Shown here: positions 51,877 to 62,572 of the stretch, piece by piece
Numbering within the stretch: position 1 is the first letter of the stretch
Layout of the letters: the number at the start of each line of letters is the position of its first letter
IMG/VR virus record: IMGVR_UViG_3300035184_001394
Coordinates: 1 to 64,000 of that record
DNA: 64,000 nt
Direction: 5' to 3' (one strand)
From: a virus
Lineage: Duplodnaviria > Heunggongvirae > Uroviricota > Caudoviricetes
Program-made: the position numbers and the translations under genes
The notes under the pieces: generated by a model
The model's input: the letters and a program-made list of their open reading frames with translations, nothing else
What the model was told of the DNA's origin: nothing
Databases searched by the model: none

Positions 51877-52134
51877 ATGGCTGTTGATATAATCAAATTA
51901 ACACCAGAATCTTTTGAGACTATTTATTTGCGTGGCGAAGACCGTGTTATATTAAGAACAGAACAAGGCAGAAAGATTATAATTAAACGTATCATTCCGG
52001 AAGAATGGACTCCATATAGAATATACGACTTTGAACGGGCGTTAAACGATAATAAAAAAGAAATATTCTTATTTGATAGTAAGTACATTAACAAAATTTC
52101 TAAAGATTTTGTTAACAGTGTAAGAGATGACTAA
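51877..52134 (+). CDS. hypothetical late protein (85 aa)
   Basis: GGAGG SD. Coupled in the baseplate operon. Confidence 0.45.
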   Translation: MAVDIIKLTPESFETIYLRGEDRVILRTEQGRKIIIKRIIPEEWTPYRIYDFERALNDNKKEIFLFDSKYINKISKDFVNSVRDD

Positions 52135-53492
52135 TGGCTGAATTTAATCCATCAAACTGCCAAATATTAGAAGCGTCAATTAGGTCTCATGGCAAACCGA
52201 AAGGGACTAATATTAATGGAATGATCGGTAATATAAGCTTCACTCAATCAATTAATATGACTTCATGGATGGGATCTATTACTGTACATGACAACTCTGG
52301 ATTTTTAGAAAACTATCCATTGAGAGGTGAAGAGGAATTAATTCTAAAATTAAATAGTCTTGATTTAAATTACGAAATTGATTTAAATGCACAAATATAT
52401 AAAATAAATAACATGTCTACTACAGAAAATAACGATGGTGTAGTATATACTCTGCATTTTATGTCAAAGGCTAGTTACGCTGCTGGTACTCGCAGAATTA
52501 TTAAATCATTTAAAGATCAATCAGCTTCTGAAATAGTCGGTTCGTTATTTAAAGAGTATGTTTCAAACTATTCTCAACAAAAGAGAGTTGATGAAGAGTT
52601 ACCGTTTTCAACTAAAAAATATAATCTAATTGGTGACGATAACAGAGGTCGTCGATTATATATCCAACCAACAAACGGTTATCTTAGAGCAATAATACCA
52701 AATTACGGAACAAATCAGGCAATGCGATTTATTTCTTCTAAATCGTTTAGTGTCAACGCTCAATCAAGTTCTTATAGGTTTTTCGAAACATTTGAGGGTT
52801 ATTATTTTGTTACTGACGAGTTTTTAATTAAGAGTGCCATTAGTAATAACGACAAGGTAATTAATCTTTTTTATGACTCATTCGTAAGTTTAGACCCTAA
52901 AAAAATGTCTGATCAAATTAGAACAATAGAGACACTTTCTAATACGAAACGTGTTGATGTCGGATTTGATACTCATGGCGGTGGGTATGTGAATAAAGTA
53001 ATAGAAATAGATTATGTTCGCAGAAAGGTAAACGAAAACGTATTCGATTATACTAAAGACGCGAAATATATTGACACTACTGGAAATATACCAAAAATAT
53101 CATCTGATATACATTCTCCTGAGTTTATAAAAGACACATTTAATGAGGAAAACGCAAAAAGATTTTTGGTATTTAAAGATTATAGTCAAGAAGGTGATAT
53201 GGCTAGTAATTTAAGGGCTGATCAATATTATAGTGAAATAATATCAAGAAGAACATCTCAACAACATCATATGAGTAGTATAGAAATTAGTATTGGTTTA
53301 AAAGGTCGATTAGACATATCAGCTGGATCTATTATTAATATTAATGCCACTGGTTTTTCTGGTAGTAATGATAAAAAACCAAATAAACAGATATCTGGAA
53401 ATTACTTAGTTTATTCTGTAAGCCATGATATTAACAAAGATATATTGAAAACAAGTGCTAATTTAATTAAATACGACTGGAGTACTACATAA
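52134..53492 (+). CDS. 27: gp27-like baseplate hub protein
   Basis: Immediately upstream of, and coupled to, gp5 (gp27-gp5 pairing as in VgrG). 452 aa. No strong motif seen. Confidence 0.4.
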   Translation: MAEFNPSNCQILEASIRSHGKPKGTNINGMIGNISFTQSINMTSWMGSITVHDNSGFLENYPLRGEEELILKLNSLDLNYEIDLNAQIYKINNMSTTENNDGVVYTLHFMSKASYAAGTRRIIKSFKDQSASEIVGSLFKEYVSNYSQQKRVDEELPFSTKKYNLIGDDNRGRRLYIQPTNGYLRAIIPNYGTNQAMRFISSKSFSVNAQSSSYRFFETFEGYYFVTDEFLIKSAISNNDKVINLFYDSFVSLDPKKMSDQIRTIETLSNTKRVDVGFDTHGGGYVNKVIEIDYVRRKVNENVFDYTKDAKYIDTTGNIPKISSDIHSPEFIKDTFNEENAKRFLVFKDYSQEGDMASNLRADQYYSEIISRRTSQQHHMSSIEISIGLKGRLDISAGSIININATGFSGSNDKKPNKQISGNYLVYSVSHDINKDILKTSANLIKYDWSTT

Positions 53493-54907
53493 TGATTGAA
53501 TCTGGAATTGGAATACGTAATCCACTTTTTTTTATGGGTGTTGTTGAGCGTAATGATGATCCAAGACTCGAAGGAAGAGTTCAAGTACGTGCGTTTAGTG
53601 TTCATGGAAAAAACCATCAAAACGAAGTACCTACCACTGATCTTCCGTGGGCTGTGTGTGTAGCTGGTAATTACAGTCCAAACAACCCACCACCAAAGCT
53701 AAATTCGTTTGTTTATGGAATGTTTTTAGATGGAAGAGATGCTCAGCACCCTCTTATACTTGGTTTAATACCAACACAATTTGCAGAAGTTATTGATCCA
53801 GCAAAAAATGGTTGGGGAGTAATACCCGATAAAGATGGTAATGTTTCAGCGCATGGTTCTTCTCCTAGGGATTTTGGTAGTCCACAGAATTCAAATCTAG
53901 CACGTGGCGAAAATCTTAATGATACATATATAGAATCGCAAGAATTAAATAGAGTATTAGGATCGAGGATTGCTGGTACAGATGAAACTTGGGACGAACC
54001 TCCTACGGCGTATGCTGCACAATATCCTTATAATAAAGTTGTTGAAACTGCTAAACATTCAGTAGAGATTGATGATACACCAGGTGCTGAAAGAATCATG
54101 ATTCATCATGATTCAGGTTCGTATATTCAAATGGATTCATCTGGCAGTGTATCATATAAATCAATGAAAGATACCTCAGATGTTCGTCTTGAAAATGAAA
54201 GTATATATGTTGGTGGAAAAAGTATTGTCCATATAAACGGCGACAGCCACGTATACGTACATGGAAATAAAACAGAAGAAGTTAACGGTGATTATCGTTT
54301 ATTAGTGAAAGGTAACGCCGAATTTGGCGTTGGTGGTCAAATGAACTTAAACGCTGGCGATCAGATTCAGGCTCGTGCTGCTGATATTAAATTAGATGCT
54401 AATGTATCAACACTAACAATTAAAGCAAAAAAGAATATTCATATCGGATCTGATGAAACAATATTAATGCACACAAATTTCATGAATCAAACAGCACTTC
54501 TCAATTTTGACACGTTTGTGGGTTTTGATTATAATTTAACATCAGGTAGAGATTGTATAACATCATCAAGTAATATATTTGCGACTGCCAATGGATCAAT
54601 GCCGAGTGAAACTATTGCTGGCAGTGTTGGTATTCATCTAAAAAGCTTAACAGCACCAATAAATTTAGATTCTAGTACAGTTGTAAGCATGAAAGCTCCA
54701 ACTGTTAATATGGATAGTGTAATTAATCTTGCAAGTGGGTTTAGTTCATCAGCAAGTGCAGCAATACAAATATTACCAACTTTTAAACCAAGTCCAGCTA
54801 TTATGCCTCAGCCACCAACAAAATCAACATCATTAACACAGCACAAGAAATCGGGTACTTCGTCAGTTAGCGGTTTAAGCGGCGTGTTTGATGATAAATT
54901 AAAATAG
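53492..54907 (+). CDS. 5: gp5 baseplate central spike (OB-fold N-domain plus beta-helix; no lysozyme domain)
   Basis: FFMGVVERNDDPRLEGRVQVRAFSVHG is the gp5/VgrG OB-fold signature. C-terminal repetitive beta-helix-like region rich in G/S/N/V. Confidence 0.7.
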   Translation: MIESGIGIRNPLFFMGVVERNDDPRLEGRVQVRAFSVHGKNHQNEVPTTDLPWAVCVAGNYSPNNPPPKLNSFVYGMFLDGRDAQHPLILGLIPTQFAEVIDPAKNGWGVIPDKDGNVSAHGSSPRDFGSPQNSNLARGENLNDTYIESQELNRVLGSRIAGTDETWDEPPTAYAAQYPYNKVVETAKHSVEIDDTPGAERIMIHHDSGSYIQMDSSGSVSYKSMKDTSDVRLENESIYVGGKSIVHINGDSHVYVHGNKTEEVNGDYRLLVKGNAEFGVGGQMNLNAGDQIQARAADIKLDANVSTLTIKAKKNIHIGSDETILMHTNFMNQTALLNFDTFVGFDYNLTSGRDCITSSSNIFATANGSMPSETIAGSVGIHLKSLTAPINLDSSTVVSMKAPTVNMDSVINLASGFSSSASAAIQILPTFKPSPAIMPQPPTKSTSLTQHKKSGTSSVSGLSGVFDDKLK

Positions 54908-54916
54908 GATAATAAG

Positions 54917-56491
54917 ATGGCTTCTACTTGCATAGACAAAAATGATCAAACAACAATTAATGGGTTGAGCGTAAGTTCTAGTCCAACTACTAATTCTAAT
55001 GGTGAATATACATTAAATCAAATAAGCTTGTTTGCAAAAGAACTTGCTGATAATATTGTAGCAGAAAAAGAATCTAACCCAATATTAATTGCTCAAAATA
55101 AGTATGGCGATTCTTTCTATAAATCTGTAAACTACACAAACAAAGAGTTTCTTGTTAACAAAGATTTAACTAAATATCCAAAATTACAAGAAAGATTAAA
55201 TCAAGGGCAAATTACACCAATTGAATTGGCCGACTTTCTCACTCTTTTTAATCTTACACCTAATGGCGTAATCGCAAAAGGTACATTATGGCCAGATAAT
55301 TTATTATTTGAACTTGAGCGATATTATGCTAATGATATTAAGTTTGGCTCTCTCGGTGGGATTTGCTCAATTTTTGAAAGTGTATTCGTGAATGTAGACG
55401 GATTTTTTAACGCAATTGGAGTGATTCAAGGTTTTATTAACGATGCATTCACATTCATAGCTAAAATAAAAAGTTACTCCAATAGTCCAGAAGATCGTGC
55501 TGTAGCTGCTGCTGAAGCAATTACAGTTCAAGAGTTAATAACGAAGATTGGAGAATTCATTAGCGATGAAGTAGATCAAATGCTTAAAGCTGTAAGTTTA
55601 ATGTTTGAAAATTTTAGTATTTCTGATATCATAGGTAATGTTAATCACAGAATTAAATTATCAACTATCAGAACTATAATGAAGTGCAAAGACGAAGCAT
55701 GCCTTTTGACATCTGAAGAAAACAAACAAACTATTAGAAATAAAATAAATGGATTGTTTAGTTACGCAGTAGGCTTATATGAAAATCCAGGCGTTGCCGA
55801 AATACAATTTCTAATTACACGAGTTTGCGCTCTTATTTCTAATGTTAGAGCATTATTACTAGATTTTAAATCCCCTATGGATCAATTTGAATTCAAATAT
55901 AAAAGAATATCAAATAGATTAAAAACAATTTCCAACATAACATCTTCAACTGCGATTAGAAATGGTGCCATAAGATTCTCAGAAGACGCCAAGTTAGAAA
56001 ATATAAATAGTATAAACACCAGCTGGGAAGATAACGGTGATGTTAGTTATACACCTACTGGTAAAAAAGCAAACAATGTGAAAGAACCAAATATACAAGA
56101 ATATTCAGACTTGCCATCATGCAGCGATGTTAGAAATGGAAAAGATTCAAGAATAGAAGTTGATAGTAATAGTTTTTGGGTTAAAGATTTTGGCATGGAA
56201 GGTTGGACCGGATTAGATTTTGATTTAAGAGTATATCTCATGAGATTTTCTGATTTAGTCGGTGTTAAACTTATTCTTAAAAGAGGATGGATAAGCCAAC
56301 AGTATAACTCAAAAATTGGTGGTGATCCGGATTCAATTTATATGAGTGGGAAGACAGTTAGTATTTCAACTGAAAATATTTTTTATCTTGATACAATACC
56401 AGACTATGCAATCAGAAGCGGTTTTAAATTTGTTAAAATAGACAAAGTTAATAATCTCATTCACTTAGATACAAGGCCACTAATCGGTTAA
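54917..56491 (+). CDS. baseplate-associated structural protein (524 aa) with a possibly degenerate M15-peptidase-like C-terminus
   Basis: C-terminal GDPDSIYMSGKTVSIS...NLIHLDTR weakly recalls S.H..G.A.D...H.D of VanY/M15 peptidases, but the His and Asp are replaced. Confidence 0.4.
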   Translation: MASTCIDKNDQTTINGLSVSSSPTTNSNGEYTLNQISLFAKELADNIVAEKESNPILIAQNKYGDSFYKSVNYTNKEFLVNKDLTKYPKLQERLNQGQITPIELADFLTLFNLTPNGVIAKGTLWPDNLLFELERYYANDIKFGSLGGICSIFESVFVNVDGFFNAIGVIQGFINDAFTFIAKIKSYSNSPEDRAVAAAEAITVQELITKIGEFISDEVDQMLKAVSLMFENFSISDIIGNVNHRIKLSTIRTIMKCKDEACLLTSEENKQTIRNKINGLFSYAVGLYENPGVAEIQFLITRVCALISNVRALLLDFKSPMDQFEFKYKRISNRLKTISNITSSTAIRNGAIRFSEDAKLENINSINTSWEDNGDVSYTPTGKKANNVKEPNIQEYSDLPSCSDVRNGKDSRIEVDSNSFWVKDFGMEGWTGLDFDLRVYLMRFSDLVGVKLILKRGWISQQYNSKIGGDPDSIYMSGKTVSISTENIFYLDTIPDYAIRSGFKFVKIDKVNNLIHLDTRPLIG

Positions 56492-56496
56492 CTAAT

Positions 56497-56913
56497 ATGA
56501 CTATAAACGTTTTTACAAATAGAAGCAAAACTCCAGATTTATTTTCAGACTTACGAAAAGATTTAGTATTGAGTCCGTTATCAGAAGATCTTGCTGTTCT
56601 CAAGAATGAGAACGCTGTGAAAGAATCAATTAAAAATCTGATATTAACAGATCGCGGTGAAAGGCTCATGCAACCATTTTTGGGTGGTGGCATAAGAGAA
56701 TTGCTTTTTGAAAACCTTATACCAAGAACAGTTAAATCAATAGAAAACCGAGTGAGAGATACAATTGAGTTGCATGAACCAAGATGTGAATTGATAGATG
56801 TATCGGTATCAGCTAACTTAGATGAAAATTCAGTTAGAGTTATAATACAATTTTACGTATCAAACGTCGATCAACCGACTTCTCTTGATATTATTTTAGA
56901 AAGGATAAGATAA
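56497..56913 (+). CDS. 25: gp25 baseplate wedge protein (GPW/gp25 lysozyme-like fold)
   Basis: SIKNLILTDRGERLMQPFLGGGIRELLFEN...IQFYVSNVD parallels T4 gp25 SLLGIITTRKGSRPFDPEFGCDLSDQLFEN...IRFSVIDNPD. Confidence 0.75.
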   Translation: MTINVFTNRSKTPDLFSDLRKDLVLSPLSEDLAVLKNENAVKESIKNLILTDRGERLMQPFLGGGIRELLFENLIPRTVKSIENRVRDTIELHEPRCELIDVSVSANLDENSVRVIIQFYVSNVDQPTSLDIILERIR

Positions 56914-56914
56914 G

Positions 56915-58732
56915 ATGACACAACCAACAACACCAATTGTAGAATTGGATTTTGAAGGTATAAAAGAACAGCTTAAAACGTTTTTGCAAGGTCAAACTCA
57001 GTTTAAAGATTATAATTTTGACGGTTCAAACTTGAGTGTCCTTCTTGATGTTCTTGCATATAACACTTTTCAAAATAACTTTTATACTAACATGGCAATT
57101 AATGAAATGTTTCTTGACTCTGCTCAGATTAAAAACTCAGTAGTTTCTCATGCAAAAGAATTAAACTATTTGCCACGATCAAGAAAATCAGCAAGAGCAA
57201 TTGTTCAATTAACAATAACTGATGTGACAGAAACAAATTCAACTATAGTAATACCAAAGTATAGTGAATTTACTACAAGGTATCAGGGCGATACATTTTC
57301 ATTTGTAACTAATAAGACATATATTGCACGAAAAACCGGCAAAGACGGCACGTTCACAACAGATAACATTGAGATATTCGAAGGTCAGATGCTAGCAACA
57401 TTTGAAAGAGAAGGTTATTTTATAGATGATGACGGTAAATTGCGCATTGCTATTACTAATGATACTGTTGATACTGATTCAATTGGTGTTTTCATAGACT
57501 CAGAACAAACTGATGATCAGAATCAATTTACATATGCTAGTGGTATTTTTGGAATCAAACCCGAAGATAAAGTATTCTATGTTGAACCATATTTTGATGA
57601 CAAATATTCAATTTATTTTGGTCGCAATGTTTTTGGCGTTCAACCAACCGAAGTTGAAGATGTTCGCGTACTATATCGTATTACAAGTGGAGCAGAAGCA
57701 AACGGGGCTGTTAAATTTGATGCGACGTTTATTAGTGGTGCATCGATTAGTGTTGCAACAATAACAAAAGCTTATGGTGGCGCTGAGCGTGAAGATTTAG
57801 CATCTATAAGATATTTTGCTCCAAAGTCGATTCAAATACAAGAAAGAGCGATTACAACAAGCGATTACGAAATATTATTGAAACAAGCTTTCCCGGAAAT
57901 TAGTGCTGTATCTGCATATAGTGGAGATCAGTTAGATCCTCCTCAATTTGGTAAAGTTGCTATAGCTGTTTATTTAAGAGATAATACCCAATTGATATCT
58001 ACTACAGTATCAAATGAATATCTTCAATTTCTAAGTGATCGAAGCCCATTAAGTGTTGAACCAATATTTGTTTCAACTGACTTTGTATATTCTGACCTAG
58101 ACATTAAAATATATTATACAACAAAGTTAACTGAAAAATCAGTTGATGAAATTGAAGCGCTCGCAAGAGCTGCAATACAGTCATATTCTGATGATAACCT
58201 AGAACAATTTAACAAGTCATTAAGACTATCTAAATTATCTTCTATTATTGATAATCTTGATCAATCTATACAGAGTAATAATATTGAAGCTTATCCAGTT
58301 ATTGAATATTCACCACCATTAAATGTTAAAGTAAATCCAACATTTAAGTTTGAAGCTGAATTGACTAAACCTTATCCATTCAAAGAATCAAATGGTTTTT
58401 CTGATTATAAACCAGCAATTAAGAGTGGCGTGTTTGATGTTGACGGTGTTTGTGTATTTCTACAAGATGATGGTATGGGTAATATTCAAATTGTTACTGA
58501 TGACGCAACAAATCCACAAGTTATAAATCCAGCTGCTGGAACAGTTGATTATGTTACTGGTACAGTAAGATTAGTAAAATTAACAGTTGAAGATTTTCCA
58601 AACTCGGCTATTAAAATTATAGCAAGAACAGTTAAAAACGATATCAAATCTCCACAAGGTAGAGTATTCATTTTAAGAGATGATGATGTTAAAATTAACG
58701 TAATAGTTGAAGATGAAAGATCTTCTCAATAA
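56915..58732 (+). CDS. 6: gp6 baseplate wedge protein (Baseplate_J family)
   Basis: ERAITTSDYEILLKQAFPEISAVSAY...GKVAIAV matches the Baseplate-J core (RAVT..DYE.LA....GV.RV). Follows gp25. Confidence 0.65.
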   Translation: MTQPTTPIVELDFEGIKEQLKTFLQGQTQFKDYNFDGSNLSVLLDVLAYNTFQNNFYTNMAINEMFLDSAQIKNSVVSHAKELNYLPRSRKSARAIVQLTITDVTETNSTIVIPKYSEFTTRYQGDTFSFVTNKTYIARKTGKDGTFTTDNIEIFEGQMLATFEREGYFIDDDGKLRIAITNDTVDTDSIGVFIDSEQTDDQNQFTYASGIFGIKPEDKVFYVEPYFDDKYSIYFGRNVFGVQPTEVEDVRVLYRITSGAEANGAVKFDATFISGASISVATITKAYGGAEREDLASIRYFAPKSIQIQERAITTSDYEILLKQAFPEISAVSAYSGDQLDPPQFGKVAIAVYLRDNTQLISTTVSNEYLQFLSDRSPLSVEPIFVSTDFVYSDLDIKIYYTTKLTEKSVDEIEALARAAIQSYSDDNLEQFNKSLRLSKLSSIIDNLDQSIQSNNIEAYPVIEYSPPLNVKVNPTFKFEAELTKPYPFKESNGFSDYKPAIKSGVFDVDGVCVFLQDDGMGNIQIVTDDATNPQVINPAAGTVDYVTGTVRLVKLTVEDFPNSAIKIIARTVKNDIKSPQGRVFILRDDDVKINVIVEDERSSQ

Positions 58733-58744
58733 CAGGATAGTGTA

Positions 58745-60910
58745 ATGCAAATAGAAAAGAACATTGCGTTTCTGGTAAATCAGCAATTTCCTGCTATATA
58801 TCGCGAGAGTGGTCCAGAGCTAGTAAATTTAGTTGAAGAGTATTACAACTTTTTAGAAACAGATACGAAGCAAAGTAATTACGTTGGTAGGCGGTTGTTT
58901 GAATATAAAGATATAGCAACAACTGTTTCGAGTATGATAGTATTCTTTCAAAAGAAATATATGGCAGACTTGCCATTTAAAGAAGAGTCTGTTAGATTTA
59001 TATCAAGAAACATAATGGAATTGTATCGTCGCAAAGGAACAAAGGCAGGTATAGAATTATTTTTTAGTGCGTTTTATAACGAAGAAATTGATATATTTTA
59101 TCCGGCTATTAAAATGTTTAAACCATCTGATTCTAAATGGAAGACTGGTATATATTTGCAGATGTTTGTAAATTCAAATTTCTTCGAATCTAATTCTGGG
59201 TTATCATATAATTATAATGATTTGTTAGGTAGAAATATAAAAGGTACGTCGTCTAATGCTAAAGCAGTCGTCGACAAGATAAATTTTGTTGTATTGAATG
59301 GTATAAGCACTGCTATAATTTATATAGAAAAAGTTCAAGGAACTTTCAAGCGTTTTGACGATATCCAAACAAGCATATTAGGTGAAGTTGTTACGTTCGG
59401 CAGAGTAAACGGATCTTTAAGTTCTTTTTTAGTTGACGATGATTTCAACAGTACGTCTGGAAATTCGGTTGGCGATATATTCGATGTTCAGTCTGAATTT
59501 GGTTTTGGTGGTACTGCAATTGTAACAAAAGTATCAGAAGAATTTACAGGTGAAATTAATTATAAAGTAGAAGATGGCGGTTTTGGATACTCAATAGAAA
59601 ATACAAAATTAATAGTATCAGATCAAGTTATTGTATTAGATAATATAGATCTTAGCTTCGTTGTTGGTGAAACTTTGACTGATACTGTTGGTAACACTGG
59701 AACAGTCGTTGGTCAAAATACTAACATCGTTGGTGTTAAAATGATTGCTAATAATGATTTTAGTATTGCTGAAACAATAAGCACTGTTAACAGAACTATT
59801 AACATAGATTTAGATATTTCAGATGTAACAGTCAAAAATTTAACATCACCTGGTCCAATGTTTGCTGATACAGGTGATGCTAATAATGTTATAGTTGAAT
59901 CACTATCAAATCAAGAAGTGATTCAAATTATAACTGATATCATCGAACCATATATAGACGTAGATATTAACAGCCTAGATTACGGGCTTGATGCAAATAA
60001 CAACATGTCTGGAACTGCTGGACAAGTTAATCTCACAACGGTAATTCAAGACGCGTTTGATTTAACTCCTTTTACTATCGGAACAATTGATTCATTTGCT
60101 AACATAAACCCTGGAACTGGTTACGAAAATGATGCGTTTACTATTGCAGTTGACAGCGTAATTCACACGCTAGAACGATATAATCAAATAGTAACATTGT
60201 CTGAACCCTTAGATGCCGCAACGTTTGTAGTAGGTGAGATTATAACAGAAGAAACAACAGGTAAGACTGGAAAAGTTAGATCTGTTAACTCTCAAGACGG
60301 ATTTATTATAATAACTCCATTTTCATATTATGGATTCAGTGGTAGCTATAATGTACTAAAAGAAAATGCAGCGCCTGGCGATGTTAAAATAGTAGAAAGA
60401 GTCGATACAGATTATACATCTGAAGTACACGGTAATAACGCAAAAATAAAAAGTATAACTGAGTTTGCTGTTGGTGCCATTTCAGAAGTTGCAATTAGTG
60501 ACTCTGGATTTGGTTATGTTGATGAGTCAGAAGCTTTCCTATTAGATGGTAATAATAATATAGTAGTAAAAGGAATAATTGAGTCTGATACTCAAGGCAA
60601 AACAGCGGGTTTCTGGTCTTCACTTTCTTCTCACATAAACGGTTATAAGGAATCTGCGAACACTATATCATATTACGATTCTGGAATGAGAATACAAGAT
60701 AGCGATTATTATCAAGAATACTCATATGAAATAAAATCGACTATTGGTATTGAACGATACGAAACACTAGTAAGAGATAATGTACACTTAGCAGGTACTA
60801 AAATGTTTAGTAAATTCTCATACAAGAATAAAACTGGCGGTGGAAACAAACCACGATTTATAAGATTATTTAACGACCAAGGTACAGGTTCACCACTAGA
60901 AGTTGTATAA
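58745..60910 (+). CDS. large baseplate/tail structural protein (721 aa; gp7-like position)
   Basis: Late operon position after gp6. Repetitive G/T/V-rich segments. Confidence 0.5.
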   Translation: MQIEKNIAFLVNQQFPAIYRESGPELVNLVEEYYNFLETDTKQSNYVGRRLFEYKDIATTVSSMIVFFQKKYMADLPFKEESVRFISRNIMELYRRKGTKAGIELFFSAFYNEEIDIFYPAIKMFKPSDSKWKTGIYLQMFVNSNFFESNSGLSYNYNDLLGRNIKGTSSNAKAVVDKINFVVLNGISTAIIYIEKVQGTFKRFDDIQTSILGEVVTFGRVNGSLSSFLVDDDFNSTSGNSVGDIFDVQSEFGFGGTAIVTKVSEEFTGEINYKVEDGGFGYSIENTKLIVSDQVIVLDNIDLSFVVGETLTDTVGNTGTVVGQNTNIVGVKMIANNDFSIAETISTVNRTINIDLDISDVTVKNLTSPGPMFADTGDANNVIVESLSNQEVIQIITDIIEPYIDVDINSLDYGLDANNNMSGTAGQVNLTTVIQDAFDLTPFTIGTIDSFANINPGTGYENDAFTIAVDSVIHTLERYNQIVTLSEPLDAATFVVGEIITEETTGKTGKVRSVNSQDGFIIITPFSYYGFSGSYNVLKENAAPGDVKIVERVDTDYTSEVHGNNAKIKSITEFAVGAISEVAISDSGFGYVDESEAFLLDGNNNIVVKGIIESDTQGKTAGFWSSLSSHINGYKESANTISYYDSGMRIQDSDYYQEYSYEIKSTIGIERYETLVRDNVHLAGTKMFSKFSYKNKTGGGNKPRFIRLFNDQGTGSPLEVV

Positions 60911-60926
60911 ATAAACAAAAATGTAA

Positions 60927-62558
60927 TTGGAATTCGAGCGAATCATGGCAGAAATATTAACAACTAATTTTAAAACTGATACTACTAAATTATTTACTGC
61001 GAGCGCGCTTAGTAGTGAATATTACCTGTTTGCTTCTAGTATAAATGCTACTGTATCAAATAATGGAATGCGATCAACAAACAACTTTCTAGAGAACACG
61101 TTGTTTGGTAAGAAAGTATTAAACGAAAATAAGTTATTTATGATTAAATATTATCCATGGCAAAGCGGCTTGGTTTATACTCAATACGACGACATAGAAG
61201 ATTTAGAAGATGTTAATTTCTATAGTGTTGTCGGACCAAACAGTAATGATACAGGTGATTATAGAGTATACAAATGTTTAAATAACAATTTTGGTGCAAA
61301 AGTTTCAAGTCCCCCAAATTATAGCGGAGTTACAGTAGATCAAATATATAGAACCGCTGATGGTTATGTTTGGAAGCACATGTATGCGTTAACTGAAATT
61401 GAATTTGACGCGTATAACGCTATCGGATATATTCCAATAATTGGCTCTTTTGATATTTCACCACAACATATAACCAACGGATCTCCGATATCAGACATAA
61501 TTGTGGAAAACATAGATTCTAATAATGGATATACTGTAGATACTGGAACTATAGAAACGGTATACGCCGCCGGTAGCGCTAAACAAGACGAAATGCAAAT
61601 GCGACCTACAACTGAGTTAAATCAAACATTAAATTATTATGTCGGCCAGAGTATCTATATAACAAATACTAGTGGTGTATCGTTTCTTTTTGAAGTTACA
61701 TATTATTCATACGGTGTTGGTGGTTTACCAGTTATTAGTGTAGATGTAACTAACGGAACACCAAACTCGCTTGGGATTCTTAGAGGAGCAACTTTTAGCT
61801 TCTTACCAAGAATAGAAATATTGGGTGACGGTACTGGTGCTCAGGCTGTACCTAACATATCAAACAGCAAAATAAATTCAATCAGTATACTAAATAGTGG
61901 TACTGGTTATAACAATTTATCAGTCAGAGTTGTTGATCCAGAATTTAACTTCGATCCTGAAAATGCTAACACTGTTGAGATAAGCGCTGAAGTAAGAGGA
62001 ATACTTGCACCAAAAGATGGTCATGCTTATAACTTATTAGAAGAATTTAAATGCAGACACATGTTATTATATGCATATATTACAGCGGATAATAACAATA
62101 ATATTGGTGCGACAAACACATATGGTACCGTGGGATTTGTGAAGAATCCAGAGTTTGCAAATACATCACCAGCTGTGTTTGATAATAGAATAGCAGTTAC
62201 TACAGACGATATTGGATCTGTATTAGTAAACACAATAATAACTCAAGTTGACAATAACAATAAAACTATTTTTTCCGGCAAAGTTCACGAAGTTAATCTA
62301 TCGACTAATACGATGTACATCGCTGAGCATTGCGGTCCATACCAAAATGTTGGCAATACAAGCATATCATTTAGTGAAGATTATCCATTTAGATCTGAAA
62401 CAGGTCAAACAATTAATATAAATACACCTATAAATACAAATGTAATAACACCAGAATACACACAAAGAACCGGTGAAGTATACTTTATGGAAGATTTCTT
62501 CCCACTGGATAGAAACATTTTATCAAGAGAAGAGTTTAAACTTGTTCTGGAATTTTAA
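60927..62558 (+). CDS. baseplate/tail structural protein (543 aa)
   Basis: Late operon. Ig-like repetitive segments. Confidence 0.5.
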   Translation: MEFERIMAEILTTNFKTDTTKLFTASALSSEYYLFASSINATVSNNGMRSTNNFLENTLFGKKVLNENKLFMIKYYPWQSGLVYTQYDDIEDLEDVNFYSVVGPNSNDTGDYRVYKCLNNNFGAKVSSPPNYSGVTVDQIYRTADGYVWKHMYALTEIEFDAYNAIGYIPIIGSFDISPQHITNGSPISDIIVENIDSNNGYTVDTGTIETVYAAGSAKQDEMQMRPTTELNQTLNYYVGQSIYITNTSGVSFLFEVTYYSYGVGGLPVISVDVTNGTPNSLGILRGATFSFLPRIEILGDGTGAQAVPNISNSKINSISILNSGTGYNNLSVRVVDPEFNFDPENANTVEISAEVRGILAPKDGHAYNLLEEFKCRHMLLYAYITADNNNNIGATNTYGTVGFVKNPEFANTSPAVFDNRIAVTTDDIGSVLVNTIITQVDNNNKTIFSGKVHEVNLSTNTMYIAEHCGPYQNVGNTSISFSEDYPFRSETGQTININTPINTNVITPEYTQRTGEVYFMEDFFPLDRNILSREEFKLVLEF

Positions 62559-62572
62559 AGGAAGCAATCTAA

